IMG/VR virus record: IMGVR_UViG_3300032298_001038
Location: 32,001-96,000 of that record
From: a virus
Strand: one strand, 5' to 3'
DNA length: 64,000 nucleotides
In this document: positions 35,244 through 43,729 of the stretch, in pieces
How positions within the stretch are numbered: position 1 is the stretch's first letter
Layout: every line of letters begins with the position of its first letter
The notes under the pieces: model-generated
Database searches by the model: none
What the model saw: the letters and a program-made list of their open reading frames with translations, nothing else
Told to the model about the DNA's origin: nothing
Program-made: the position numbers and the translations under genes

Positions 35244-35248
35244 ATAAG

Positions 35249-35602
35249 TGGAGCCGGCGGGAATCGAACCCGCGTCCAGAAACGTTTCCAGTAAGAACGT
35301 CTACATGCGTAGCCAGTTATGTGTCACCAACTGGCAATGCTATCCGCACACTTAGCGGAGTCAGGCGGTTTACCGCCATCTCGCCCGATTACTTTGCCGG
35401 ACCGACGCAGGTGGCTTACCACCATCAACCTGATTGGGCAATGAGGCTCAGGTCGCCCCACTCGCGGTCCTGACTAGGTCAGGCAGCGAGGGCCGGAGCA
35501 GAAGCGCCGGTTAGAAACTTAATCGGCTTTTAACGTGGCCAACCGATCAACCACGGCATGCAATCCAAACCTTCTCCGTCCTGTCGATACCAGTACGGCC
35601 CC
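35249..35602 (-). ncRNA. ssrA: tmRNA
   Basis: 5' GGGGCCG..GGTATCGAC, 3' GCGGGTTCGATTCCCGCCGGCTCCA, G3-U70 pair; tag ORF (A)GASAPALAA* at 35508-35479. Confidence 0.93.
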
Positions 35603-35604
35603 AA

Positions 35605-35678
35605 TAGCGCGGGTGGGATTCGAACCCACAACCTATTGATTTTGAGTCAATCGCCTCTGCCAGTTGGGCTACCACGCC
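35605..35678 (-). tRNA. trnL: tRNA-Leu(CAA), short variable arm
   Basis: GGCGTGG...ATTGA CTCAAAA TCAAT AGGTT GTGGG TTCGAAT CCCAC CCGCGCT A. Confidence 0.88.
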
Positions 35679-35690
35679 AAACTATACCAC

Positions 35691-35763
35691 TGACCCCACG
35701 GGGATTCGAACCCCGGTAAACGGAACGAAAATCCGTTGTCCTAGGCCACTAGACGATGGGGCC
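35691..35763 (-). tRNA. trnE: tRNA-Glu(TTC)
   Basis: GGCCCCA...ACGGA TTTTCGT TCCGT...CGGGG TTCGAAT CCCCG TGGGGTC A. Confidence 0.92.
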
Positions 35764-35817
35764 AAACGTATTAGAAAACCGACGCAAAACGTCGAGTTTC
35801 CAATACGAGTTGGGCAG

Positions 35818-36111
35818 TCACTTTTCGGACCAAAACATTTCAGCACGCGCGATAGCGGTTTTGATATTTTTGTGTCCGACCGGATTTGCTGAATGTACCA
35901 CGACTGTCAAGGGCGCCAATGTCTTTTTGTAAGCGGCCTCTTCAATAAATTTGGCAATATCGTAGCCGGTTTTTTCTTCGCCAAGGTCGTGATCGAGTGA
36001 CAGGTGCGTGATGCGGCCAATACGCAGCGCAGTGATTGCGGCGTCTGCGGTTTTTAGCCAGACGTCGAACTCGGGCGGCTTTGGTCGAACATCGTCTACC
36101 CAAACTTTCAT
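35818..36111 (-). CDS. Cyclic-phosphate-processing receiver-domain protein
   Basis: VWVDDVR...LSLDHDLG..TGYD...VHSANPVG. Confidence 0.8.
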   Translation of the reverse strand: MKVWVDDVRPKPPEFDVWLKTADAAITALRIGRITHLSLDHDLGEEKTGYDIAKFIEEAAYKKTLAPLTVVVHSANPVGHKNIKTAIARAEMFWSEK

Positions 36112-36272
36112 TGTTTTTTCTTTCGTTTAGTCGCCTTGCGCGATGTTTTGCCTGTGTCGTGCGAATCCAAATCAGTCACGACGATATCAATGCGCCGGCG
36201 CAGCAAATCCAAATCGCGGCTGATTTTGCTCAGCATAGCGCGCATTTCACTCAGCGACAGTGGTGTCGACAT
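36108..36272 (-). CDS. Small basic coiled-coil protein
   Basis: Start refined to MSTPLSL (AAGGAGG RBS). Confidence 0.6.
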   Translation of the reverse strand: MSTPLSLSEMRAMLSKISRDLDLLRRRIDIVVTDLDSHDTGKTSRKATKRKKKQ

Positions 36273-36693
36273 TTGGTTCCTCCTTGGCGCGCGACATCTG
36301 CGGGAAACCAGTTGCCGCAAGCCACGCAGCAACTTTGTCTGTATCTAACGCAAACTGGACGCCGACGATAAACCTGCCGCCAAGACCAACAATTTTAGCC
36401 GATGGCGGATCAAACTGCTCGTTAGCGATTGCGAGTAGTTCGCCGTGCTCAACGAGGTTTGGCCAATACTCGTTTTGTTCGGTTGTCCAGACGTGAGCAT
36501 CATCGACCACCAATGATGTAATCAGGTCGGTAAGGGAACCGACAGCCGGAGGGCGATCGAGCACGTCAGGCTGCGGGCCAATAAAGTTTCGTAGGTCGAC
36601 GTCATCCTGAAACGTCACGCGCTTGTCGGGATGCACGGTCAGCATCTTGGCGAACTTCTTGACCGTGTACTTGTACTTTTTCTCGTCAGTCAT
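36247..36693 (-). CDS. Hypothetical protein
   Basis: Start refined to MTDEKKY. Confidence 0.65.
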   Translation of the reverse strand: MTDEKKYKYTVKKFAKMLTVHPDKRVTFQDDVDLRNFIGPQPDVLDRPPAVGSLTDLITSLVVDDAHVWTTEQNEYWPNLVEHGELLAIANEQFDPPSAKIVGLGGRFIVGVQFALDTDKVAAWLAATGFPQMSRAKEEPNVDTTVAE

Positions 36694-36700
36694 TGGGTCC

Positions 36701-36973
36701 TCATAGTCTTTCCAGCAAGCCGCGTAGTGCCGCTGCGATCTGCGCGCAATCCTCGTCATCGTCATTATCGGTGTAGGCGTCGCGGGCCTGCTCTAACGCC
36801 GCCCGCTCCTCGTCGGTGAGTGCGGCGTCCATCTGCACAATCACGTTGCCGTCGCAGACCGACAGCGTGGCGTCCTGATCGGCGAGGCGGCGGATGGCTT
36901 CGCGGTGCTTTTCTAATTCTGCCGCAAGAAGTTTATTTGCTGCGCGGAGATTTGTGAGTTCACAGTCCGTCAT
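36701..36973 (-). CDS. Hypothetical protein
   Basis: 90 aa, packed operon. Confidence 0.65.
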   Translation of the reverse strand: MTDCELTNLRAANKLLAAELEKHREAIRRLADQDATLSVCDGNVIVQMDAALTDEERAALEQARDAYTDNDDDEDCAQIAAALRGLLERL

Positions 36974-36975
36974 CG

Positions 36976-37182
36976 TTAACTCCTTGCGCCCATGATGTGG
37001 GCAACGTGGCCGTACATTCTACTCTTGCGCTGCGCGGCCTGCACCTCGTTTTCCATGTCTTGCAAGATTCGAAACAGGCGCTCTTGCGAATCTTCGGGCA
37101 GCAGGGCGATGTCATTCGCCAGTTTCTGGTTCTGCCCGCGCTGCCGTAGGAGCATACTCTGGATGTGCCGTAAAAAACTCAT
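36976..37182 (-). CDS. Hypothetical protein
   Basis: 68 aa, AAGGAG RBS. Confidence 0.6.
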   Translation of the reverse strand: MSFLRHIQSMLLRQRGQNQKLANDIALLPEDSQERLFRILQDMENEVQAAQRKSRMYGHVAHIMGARS

Positions 37183-37576
37183 CGTCTCTCCTTTTCCGCG
37201 ATTCGGCCAGCAGTGTCTGAATGTCTGCGTCTGAATAGACTACGCCGTCTATTTCAAACGAACCGTCGTCGACGCCATTGACGGTTTCAGGGATGTCGTA
37301 CGGCAAGTTGTCTACGTACGAGTCGTCGTGCTGGTGCACGTGTGCGCCGACTTCGACGGTGTTGGCGAATTCCATGATGCACAGCGCTTCCGGCGGCCAT
37401 TCGCCGAAACAGCCGCGAGCGCCGGGGAAGATTAAATCTACCGGCACGAGGCAATTCAAACCCTTCATGGTTTGCCAACGCCGTTTGATATCTTCAAACT
37501 GTCCGGGCGTGTACAACGCCCACCAGTATTGATAGCCGAACTCTTCCTCGATCCGAACCAGAATGTTTTTTTCCAT
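37112..37576 (-). CDS. Hypothetical protein
   Basis: 154 aa, AAGGAG RBS directly after tRNA-Ile. Confidence 0.7.
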   Translation of the reverse strand: MEKNILVRIEEEFGYQYWWALYTPGQFEDIKRRWQTMKGLNCLVPVDLIFPGARGCFGEWPPEALCIMEFANTVEVGAHVHQHDDSYVDNLPYDIPETVNGVDDGSFEIDGVVYSDADIQTLLAESRKRRDDEFFTAHPEYAPTAARAEPETGE

Positions 37577-37589
37577 GTGGCTCCTTTAG

Positions 37590-37665
37590 TAGGGCGGGTT
37601 GGAGTCGAACCAACCTATGGGCACCTTATAAGAGTGCTGGATGCAACCGGCTTACCTTCCGCCCC
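37590..37665 (-). tRNA. trnI: tRNA-Ile(TAT)
   Basis: GGGGCGG...GCACT CTTATAA GGTGC...GTTGG TTCGACT CCAAC CCGCCCT A; atypical A8 and weak D stem. Confidence 0.8.
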
Positions 37666-37714
37666 AAAAGCGGGCGCCGGGGAACTTGGGCGATTCGCCC
37701 GGCGCCCGCCGTGA

Positions 37715-38098
37715 TCAGCGGTAACGCTTACAAGCGTACCACCGACCATTGCGACCGCAGGCTACGCCTTGGTCAACAACGCGCATGCCGCTATTCGAGT
37801 AGCAGCAGTTGTTAAGTGCCTGCTCGGGCGTCGCACCCATGCCAACGCCTTCGTAGCCAGAGTTGCCACCGAAATGCTGGACCACGCCGCGGCTGGCCAT
37901 CATCTCAGCAACACCCTGCGCAGACCCGGTGCCGCCAACAGCGTCGGACTGCGAGGTGTAGGCATAAACACGTTCCTGCGAAACTGGAGCCGTCGTGGCT
38001 GCCGGCGCAGAATACGTGTAGTTACGCCGCCAACGGGGAGCCGCCTCGACCGTGGACGCGGCGAGAACGACAAACAGACACATCAGAATGCGAACCAT
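37715..38098 (-). CDS. Secreted Cys-containing protein
   Basis: Signal peptide; EGVGMGATPEQALNNCCY...WYACKRYR. Confidence 0.75.
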   Translation of the reverse strand: MVRILMCLFVVLAASTVEAAPRWRRNYTYSAPAATTAPVSQERVYAYTSQSDAVGGTGSAQGVAEMMASRGVVQHFGGNSGYEGVGMGATPEQALNNCCYSNSGMRVVDQGVACGRNGRWYACKRYR

Positions 38099-38167
38099 AA
38101 ATCCTCCGTGATTGTGCCGGTGGTGTGCCCGGCTAACGAGAATCCAAACCCCACACCGGGCAAAAAA

Positions 38168-38464
38168 CTAGCGACCGACAGGCTTGGTGAACTTGGTGAG
38201 TTCCTTCACCCTGTCACCGTTCTCGACGTAAAGCCACGTCTTGGGTCGCGGATCGTCGGGCTGATTAAACGCACGGAACTCGTCGAGGTTGTAGCAGTAC
38301 GCCGCAGCCTCGAACGGGCCGTTATCGACTACACACACGACGGCGCCCATGTCCTCCTTGATGAAGAACTCAGCCTCGTCGCGGGTGATTTCGATAGCGT
38401 CCAAGTTTTGCTTGAGCGCCGCAGCCTTGTTCTTGGGCTGCTGCGTTTCGATGTAATAACCCAT
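38168..38464 (-). CDS. Hypothetical protein
   Basis: Start refined to MGYYIET; the track ORF extends into tRNA-Val. Confidence 0.7.
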   Translation of the reverse strand: MGYYIETQQPKNKAAALKQNLDAIEITRDEAEFFIKEDMGAVVCVVDNGPFEAAAYCYNLDEFRAFNQPDDPRPKTWLYVENGDRVKELTKFTKPVGR

Positions 38465-38490
38465 CTGGTTCCTTTCGTTAAAAGGTCCAA

Positions 38491-38564
38491 TAGGCGCAGA
38501 GGGATTCGAACCCCCGACCTTCGGTATGTAAAACCGACGCACTAACCAACTGTGCTATGCGCCT
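38491..38564 (-). tRNA. trnV: tRNA-Val(TAC)
   Basis: AGGCGCA TA GCAC AGTTGGTTA GTGC G TCGGT TTTACAT ACCGA AGGTC GGGGG TTCGAAT CCCTC TGCGCCT A. Confidence 0.93.
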
Positions 38565-38572
38565 ACGCGAGA

Positions 38573-38833
38573 TCAGAGGTCTTCGGCCGTCTCGCGGACG
38601 TCCTTGTCGCCATCATCGGCGTACATCGCGAACATGCTGTCTTCGCGGTAGTACGAGATCAGATCGCAGACCTTGTCGTCAAGATCAGCCACGAGATCGC
38701 CGAGATCGTCGGGCATATCTCCGCCCAGAACCTCGCCCGTCTCCGGGTCGATGTTCATGCCTTCAGCGTCGAACACGTTCTTCTTGACATTGTCCCACGC
38801 AGTAACCAGCAGTTCAATTTCAAGCGGCAGCAT
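38573..38833 (-). CDS. Acidic hypothetical protein
   Basis: 86 aa. Confidence 0.7.
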   Translation of the reverse strand: MLPLEIELLVTAWDNVKKNVFDAEGMNIDPETGEVLGGDMPDDLGDLVADLDDKVCDLISYYREDSMFAMYADDGDKDVRETAEDL

Positions 38834-38853
38834 TGTGCGCTCCTGTACGGGTG

Positions 38854-39186
38854 TTAGTCGGGAATCACGTAATCAGGCGGCAACGGCACCCAACTCTTGG
38901 CGCGCTCCGCGTCGTAAGGCATCCACCACGGCGCGTCGTCCGCGTCGCAAACGCCCCAGTCGTTGTTGATAAACTTGTTGTGATTGATAGCGTTCACAAC
39001 ATGATCCGGCAGGTCGACGATGACTTCCTCGCCGTCTTCGTTTTCGGTCAAACCCTTGGTTTCTACGGTCGGGTCAAATCGACCGATGTGCAGCCCGACA
39101 GGGTGACCGAAGTAATAGACCATTTGGCCTTCTTCCGGCAGCCGATCCGAACACCGAATCCAACCGCGTTCTTCAGCAGATCGCAT
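38854..39186 (-). CDS. DUF551-like protein
   Basis: WIRCSDRLPEEGQ...WWMP..LPP pattern. Confidence 0.7.
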   Translation of the reverse strand: MRSAEERGWIRCSDRLPEEGQMVYYFGHPVGLHIGRFDPTVETKGLTENEDGEEVIVDLPDHVVNAINHNKFINNDWGVCDADDAPWWMPYDAERAKSWVPLPPDYVIPD

Positions 39187-39203
39187 ACGGTTCCTTTTGT
39201 TAT

Positions 39204-39479
39204 TTATTCGTCTTCTTCTTCGCCGCCGAACATTTCATTCCAGCATTTGTCGCAAATGCCAGAAATAAGAAATTCACGCTCGGCTGCGGTGAGATACGAG
39301 AAACAATCCTGCGCGAAACCGCCGTTACGGAAACGTGCCAAATCTTCAATCTTGGCGCGTACCGTCTGCTTTTCGCTGCACGAATAACAAGGCCCCGACA
39401 CCTCCGCGTAGGTGGCGTCAGCATTGTCGACGGCGCAAATGCCGTCACGGAACGCATACTTTTCGATCAGAAAGGACAT
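39204..39479 (-). CDS. Zn-binding hypothetical protein
   Basis: CYSC...EREFLISGICDKCW. Confidence 0.72.
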   Translation of the reverse strand: MSFLIEKYAFRDGICAVDNADATYAEVSGPCYSCSEKQTVRAKIEDLARFRNGGFAQDCFSYLTAAEREFLISGICDKCWNEMFGGEEEDE

Positions 39480-39492
39480 TGAAATCTCCTAA

Positions 39493-39576
39493 TGGGGTCG
39501 GTGGGACTTGAACCCACACGGGATTACTCCCAACGGATTTTAAGTCCGTTGCGGCTGCCGATTACGCCACGACCCC
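39493..39576 (-). tRNA. trnL: tRNA-Leu(TAA), long variable arm
   Basis: GGGGTCG...ACGGA CTTAAAA TCCGT, variable arm GGGA-GTAA-TCCC, GTGGG TTCAAGT CCCAC. Confidence 0.93.
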
Positions 39577-39625
39577 AATGCCGCCAGCCGAGTAGCCCCG
39601 GTTAGAACTGGCGGAAAGGGTCATG

Positions 39626-39925
39626 TCAGGCAAACCGGTCCTGCATACGAGCATTCATCCACTCGTTCATGTTTTCGAGTGAACCCCAGCAAGAGCCGGG
39701 CGCTTCGTTGTAGAACCACTGGACGTAGAGTTTGAGCAGCCCGATGTTCTGCTCGTCGGCGCAACCCACGGCACGCCGCAGGTCGTTGGTGATGACGCCG
39801 GTCAGGAAGTCGCCGGGCTTGATGCCCTGTACGACATAGCGCCGAATGGCTTCCTGCATGTGGGGCGGAATGGTCGCGTAATCGCCCCGAAACTCTACGT
39901 CGAATTCAAACTTGGTTGCGGTCAT
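39626..39925 (-). CDS. Conserved hypothetical phage protein
   Basis: Start refined to MTATKFEF (ATGA overlap); IPPHMQEAIRRYV..GIKPGDFLTGV..NDL..AV. Confidence 0.72.
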   Translation of the reverse strand: MTATKFEFDVEFRGDYATIPPHMQEAIRRYVVQGIKPGDFLTGVITNDLRRAVGCADEQNIGLLKLYVQWFYNEAPGSCWGSLENMNEWMNARMQDRFA

Positions 39926-40167
39926 CTCTGCGTCCAGACGTACCACTGATTGTTTTCGTATTTCCACCACTGCCCGTTGTGGTACATGACACGGGCCTGT
40001 GGTTGCGGCTGCGCTTGCCCCGCGGGCTGCATCATCGGCTGCTGCGCCGGAGATTGCAACTGTTGCGGTTGAACGCCTAATTTCTGCTGCATTTTGTCGG
40101 CACCGATCTGGGCGAGCGGTTGCAAAAACGGCATGAGCAGCGTGAAGAGCAAAACAAACAACTGCAT
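39922..40167 (-). CDS. Small secreted Gln-rich protein
   Basis: GGAGG RBS; signal peptide; YHNGQWWKYENNQWYVW. Confidence 0.7.
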   Translation of the reverse strand: MQLFVLLFTLLMPFLQPLAQIGADKMQQKLGVQPQQLQSPAQQPMMQPAGQAQPQPQARVMYHNGQWWKYENNQWYVWTQR

Positions 40168-40213
40168 GGAAAACCTCCTTGCACAAGAAAGCCAGCGATC
40201 CTCCGCCGGACAA

Positions 40214-40285
40214 TGGGGCCGGTGGGATTCGAACCCACAACCAAAGGATTAAAAGTCCCTTGCGCTACCGTTGCGCCACAGCCCC
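40214..40285 (-). tRNA. trnK: tRNA-Lys(TTT)
   Basis: GGGGCTG...AGGGA CTTTTAA TCCTT...GTGGG TTCGAAT CCCAC CGGCCCC A. Confidence 0.93.
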
Positions 40286-40304
40286 AACCGCCGTTGTTAC
40301 ACGA

Positions 40305-40961
40305 CTACCGAGTCGTTACCCGAATTCGTGGAAACCCGCAATTTCCGTTCGGGCATTGACTGCGCACGTTCACACCGTTCTTGCGATTGATCTCGGCAGC
40401 ATTGGGACCGTGATAGACCCCGTCGTCGGTATAGCCCACGTAGGGCTTCCGCGGCTCCGTCATGACCAACCAAAGTCGCCACTTGCCGCCTTCTTTTTTG
40501 AAAGCCTGAACATACTCCGTCTCTGCTTCGGTCGGCAAGAGTTTAGAGTTTTCACGGTAGAAGGCTTCCTCTTCCGTGGGTTCAGCCGTCGGCTCACCCG
40601 TCGTGGTGCCCTGTACGACACGCGCGACGGCGTACTGTCCTCGCACCTCCAACAGTTCGAAATCGCGGACGCTAATGTACGCGTCGTTGTCTCGAAACAG
40701 CGCGGTAGATTGCTGCGCAAACTCGTCACGCCGCGGGAGCGTGGGAGACAGCGTAGTCATCATGGCCTGAACGTCTTCGCGGTTGTAAGCCTCGAAGTTC
40801 TGATCCAGCGCCGCACGAATCTTGCTTTCTTCCGGGTGATCGGCGCGCGCGAGAGCAGCGTAACCAAGGGCAAAAGCAATCAACGCAACCCACCACCAGA
40901 ACGCCGACAGAAAAACAGAGCGAATGATTTGAAACACTAGTTCTTGCCTCCTCGCATGCAA
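40305..40961 (-). CDS. Secreted NTF2/SnoaL-like fold protein
   Basis: TM/signal segment then IRAALDQNFEAYNREDVQAMM...AFKKEGGKWRL. Confidence 0.65.
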   Translation of the reverse strand: MHARRQELVFQIIRSVFLSAFWWWVALIAFALGYAALARADHPEESKIRAALDQNFEAYNREDVQAMMTTLSPTLPRRDEFAQQSTALFRDNDAYISVRDFELLEVRGQYAVARVVQGTTTGEPTAEPTEEEAFYRENSKLLPTEAETEYVQAFKKEGGKWRLWLVMTEPRKPYVGYTDDGVYHGPNAAEINRKNGVNVRSQCPNGNCGFPRIRVTTR

Positions 40962-41116
40962 AAGTCAGCAAATGCCCCCGCCAGTCCCATGCCAGTAAAA
41001 GCCAACACGACTTGCGTGGTGGATTCAAAACTTTGCCCAGCCGCGTAACCGATGGCTGAGCCGGCAATGACTGCAACGAACAACGTGACTTCGCGAATCA
41101 GACGAAGCGTGGACAT
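40937..41116 (-). CDS. Small two-TM protein
   Basis: Start refined to MSTLRLI; own promoter at 41184-41211. Confidence 0.65.
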   Translation of the reverse strand: MSTLRLIREVTLFVAVIAGSAIGYAAGQSFESTTQVVLAFTGMGLAGAFADFCMRGGKN

Positions 41117-41183
41117 GGGTTCCCTCCCGGTGTCTGGACGCGCACCAAAATCCCGTAATACAAAACCCACGGGGGTGCTAAGA

Positions 41184-41211
41184 ATATGCCCGGTTTTTGG
41201 CAAAAATTTAG
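41184..41211 (-). promoter_or_regulatory. Phage promoter CTAAAT-N16-GCATAT
   Basis: Exact motif; the -35 overlaps the glycosyltransferase stop codon. Confidence 0.7.
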
Positions 41212-42344
41212 CCGGGATTCGAAACGGCCGGGGCTTCGATTTTGCGTTTTTTAAACTTTTCTGGCAGCGTGTACCAGCCGTCAGAATACAGTTCGTGAAT
41301 CTGCGTAAACGCTTTGTCGTACATCGCCCCGCAGGTTTGGAGACTGTACTTATGCCGGGCGTAGGCGGCAACTTTTCTTCTATCTAAATCGTCGACGATT
41401 TCAAGGGCTTCCAACCAATCGCGCAAAGTCTTGCACCGGTAACCACTCAGGCCGGGCACTACGGTCTCTGTAAACGCGCCGTAATCGGTCGAGACGAGCG
41501 GGGTGCCACACAGCATGCCCTCGACACCAGAGCCGCCAAATGGCTCCAGAAAGTTCGTAGGCATGAGCGAGCAGATGGCGTTGCGCATAAATTCGCTGCG
41601 CTGCTGGCCTGTAATCGGCCCCCAGTATTCGATGTTGGGGTGCGCCCACTTAGTGTGGTCGCCTTGCCCGCAAAGAATAATCTTTCTGTCGCCGGTGTAC
41701 TTGGCGATTTCTTTAAGCGTGTCCAGTCCTTTGCAGGAGTCAATACGGCCGAGAAACGCGTAATACTTGCCCGGTTCGTAACTAGGCGCCCAGTGGTCGA
41801 TATCGAAATAGTTCGGAATAACCCACTCGTAGTTTGTGCCCTGCCTGTTTTCTTTGGCGCAATGAAAGTGCCGCCACGCTTCGGATTCAAAAATACGCAT
41901 GGTGCCGGTCATGAGCGTCGGGTAGCCGATGCCGGTTTCAATGTGGATGTTCTTGGGAAACTCCTGCATGACACGGGAATGCGCGTGACCAAACGGGTGG
42001 CAAATCAAGTCTGTCGGCTTGACTCGCTTCCGCATCTCCGAGATTAACTTGGCTTCAAATATCTGATGATGCCGAGTGCCGACAGCCGCGAGATCGCCGT
42101 GGAACGATTTCTTGTCGCGATTGCCGATGTATTCGTCGTACTGCGCCTTCAGCAGCATCGTCACTTTTTCATTGGCTTGGCTTTCGCTGCCTTCGTTGGC
42201 GTACTCGATAATCTCGTAGCCAAACGGGCGCATCATCTGGGAAAAGCGCAGGGCTTTGCCGGTGAACGCACAATGAGAAAACGCCTGATTATGAATGGTG
42301 TGAAAAATACCAATCAGATGCAGCGTGGGCTTGGCCATCGTCAC
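41208..42344 (-). CDS. Glycosyltransferase, GT4-like
   Basis: AFLGRIDSCKG...LEPFGGSGVEGMLCGTPLVSTDYGAFTE. Confidence 0.9.
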   Translation of the reverse strand: MTMAKPTLHLIGIFHTIHNQAFSHCAFTGKALRFSQMMRPFGYEIIEYANEGSESQANEKVTMLLKAQYDEYIGNRDKKSFHGDLAAVGTRHHQIFEAKLISEMRKRVKPTDLICHPFGHAHSRVMQEFPKNIHIETGIGYPTLMTGTMRIFESEAWRHFHCAKENRQGTNYEWVIPNYFDIDHWAPSYEPGKYYAFLGRIDSCKGLDTLKEIAKYTGDRKIILCGQGDHTKWAHPNIEYWGPITGQQRSEFMRNAICSLMPTNFLEPFGGSGVEGMLCGTPLVSTDYGAFTETVVPGLSGYRCKTLRDWLEALEIVDDLDRRKVAAYARHKYSLQTCGAMYDKAFTQIHELYSDGWYTLPEKFKKRKIEAPAVSNPG

Positions 42345-42359
42345 TCCTTTGACAATGAA

Positions 42360-42815
42360 TTACTTGCTCGCGAATGGCAGAAACTTTTGCGCCATGTCCG
42401 TTTCGGCGTTAATGATTTCCAGTTTTTCAGCAGCCGCACGTAATTGGGCAATGATTTTTTTGCGGTCGTGCTTGGTTGTCAGCGGGACTTTGAGCACATA
42501 TTCGTTCTGCGGCCCAAATGTGACTTCTACATTGCCGCCTTCGGTATTGAACGAGATCGGTGAAAAAAGGTCGGTGACTTTACGCAAATACTCGTTTTCG
42601 ATTGCGAGGTCAGCAATACGCTTGGCCAGTTCGTCGATCTTGGTGTTGCCGAATCCAAACTCGCGAAGGATGGTATTAGCGCGCAAACCACCTGCGGCGA
42701 CTTGGAGCAGTTTGCCGACGAGATCGACGCTGATCCCGGACAGCGATTCCAGCAGCATGTCTTTAGGGAGATTCTGTTCTTGTTTGCACCCGGTTTGTTT
42801 GTTGCAACAACCCAT
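42360..42815 (-). CDS. Hypothetical protein
   Basis: Start refined to MGCCNKQ (GGAGG RBS). Confidence 0.7.
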   Translation of the reverse strand: MGCCNKQTGCKQEQNLPKDMLLESLSGISVDLVGKLLQVAAGGLRANTILREFGFGNTKIDELAKRIADLAIENEYLRKVTDLFSPISFNTEGGNVEVTFGPQNEYVLKVPLTTKHDRKKIIAQLRAAAEKLEIINAETDMAQKFLPFASK

Positions 42816-42837
42816 AGAAACCTCCGTGTTTAAATAA

Positions 42838-43179
42838 CTAATACAGCCGCGTGATCTTACGCCGATCACGAATATCGTCATTGCTGACCGGCACCGTAAT
42901 TGGCGACATATCTTGGCGCTGCGTCGTGACGGCTGTACGCGGCGGATTATTGCGCGTTTCGGCCATTGCAAACAGCGCCCGCGAGTACTGCTGTTTAACC
43001 TGCCAACGCCGCTCTCTGAATTCGCTACGCACGCGCCTGATTCGCGCTTCTGTCCGTACGATGAGCGTGACGAGCGCCAGTACGCCGAAGAATAAGAGCG
43101 CGACAAGAACCAGCGCCCATGTTTGCTCAGGCATTGGCTGGGGGATGGCTTCTGCCGGCGGAACGATGTTGGGATTCAT
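42838..43179 (-). CDS. Single-TM hypothetical protein
   Basis: 113 aa. Confidence 0.6.
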   Translation of the reverse strand: MNPNIVPPAEAIPQPMPEQTWALVLVALLFFGVLALVTLIVRTEARIRRVRSEFRERRWQVKQQYSRALFAMAETRNNPPRTAVTTQRQDMSPITVPVSNDDIRDRRKITRLY

Positions 43180-43726
43180 AACAGTCGGCGCAGACAGGTA
43201 AGTACTTTTCTTCGCACCCCAACTCGACGGACGGGCCGGAGAGTGTCGGCTGGCCGTTGAGCAGTTTAAGGTTGAACACGGCTTTTCGCAAGCAGAAGTT
43301 GCATGTGGTTTTGACCTCTTCGATACTGTCGGCCAATTCCATGAGTCGTTGCGCGGCGGGGAAGAGTTGGCGGCGGAAATCGGTGCGTAACCCGTAGCAG
43401 ATCACAGGGACGTTGGGGGCTGTGTGGACGCACCGGTGCAACTCGTCAATATCGTGCGTGGTCAAAAACTGAACTTCGTCAACTAAGACGCAGGCAAAAC
43501 CGACGAGATCAGGCAGCATGAACGGGCCTACTCGCGGCACAAAACAGTCTGCTGGCATTTCTAAGCCGGCGCGTGTCTTAATGATATCTTTGCCGAACCG
43601 CGTATCGAGTTCGGGTTTGACGAGCAGAACTTTTTTACCCTGCTGTCGGTAGTTATGCGCCACGGCCAAAAGATTGAGCGTCTTAGCGCTACCGACCGCG
43701 CCGTACCGAAAATAGAGTTTAGCCAT
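43127..43726 (-). CDS. tdk: Thymidine kinase
   Basis: YGAVGSAKT, LVDEVQF, YGLRTDF, Zn-site C..C / C..C. Confidence 0.95.
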   Translation of the reverse strand: MAKLYFRYGAVGSAKTLNLLAVAHNYRQQGKKVLLVKPELDTRFGKDIIKTRAGLEMPADCFVPRVGPFMLPDLVGFACVLVDEVQFLTTHDIDELHRCVHTAPNVPVICYGLRTDFRRQLFPAAQRLMELADSIEEVKTTCNFCLRKAVFNLKLLNGQPTLSGPSVELGCEEKYLPVCADCYESQHRSAGRSHPPANA

Positions 43727-43729
43727 ACA

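Noticed and set aside
9590-40214. Theta/HDV-like ribozymes in tRNA 3' trailers
   Set aside because: The trailers are short and run directly into an RBS/start codon or the next RNA; no nested double-pseudoknot pattern was seen.
39926-40240. N-terminal half of track ORF 39626..40240
   Set aside because: It starts inside tRNA-Lys and overlaps the well-supported 39922..40167 gene in another frame; the real start is at 39925.
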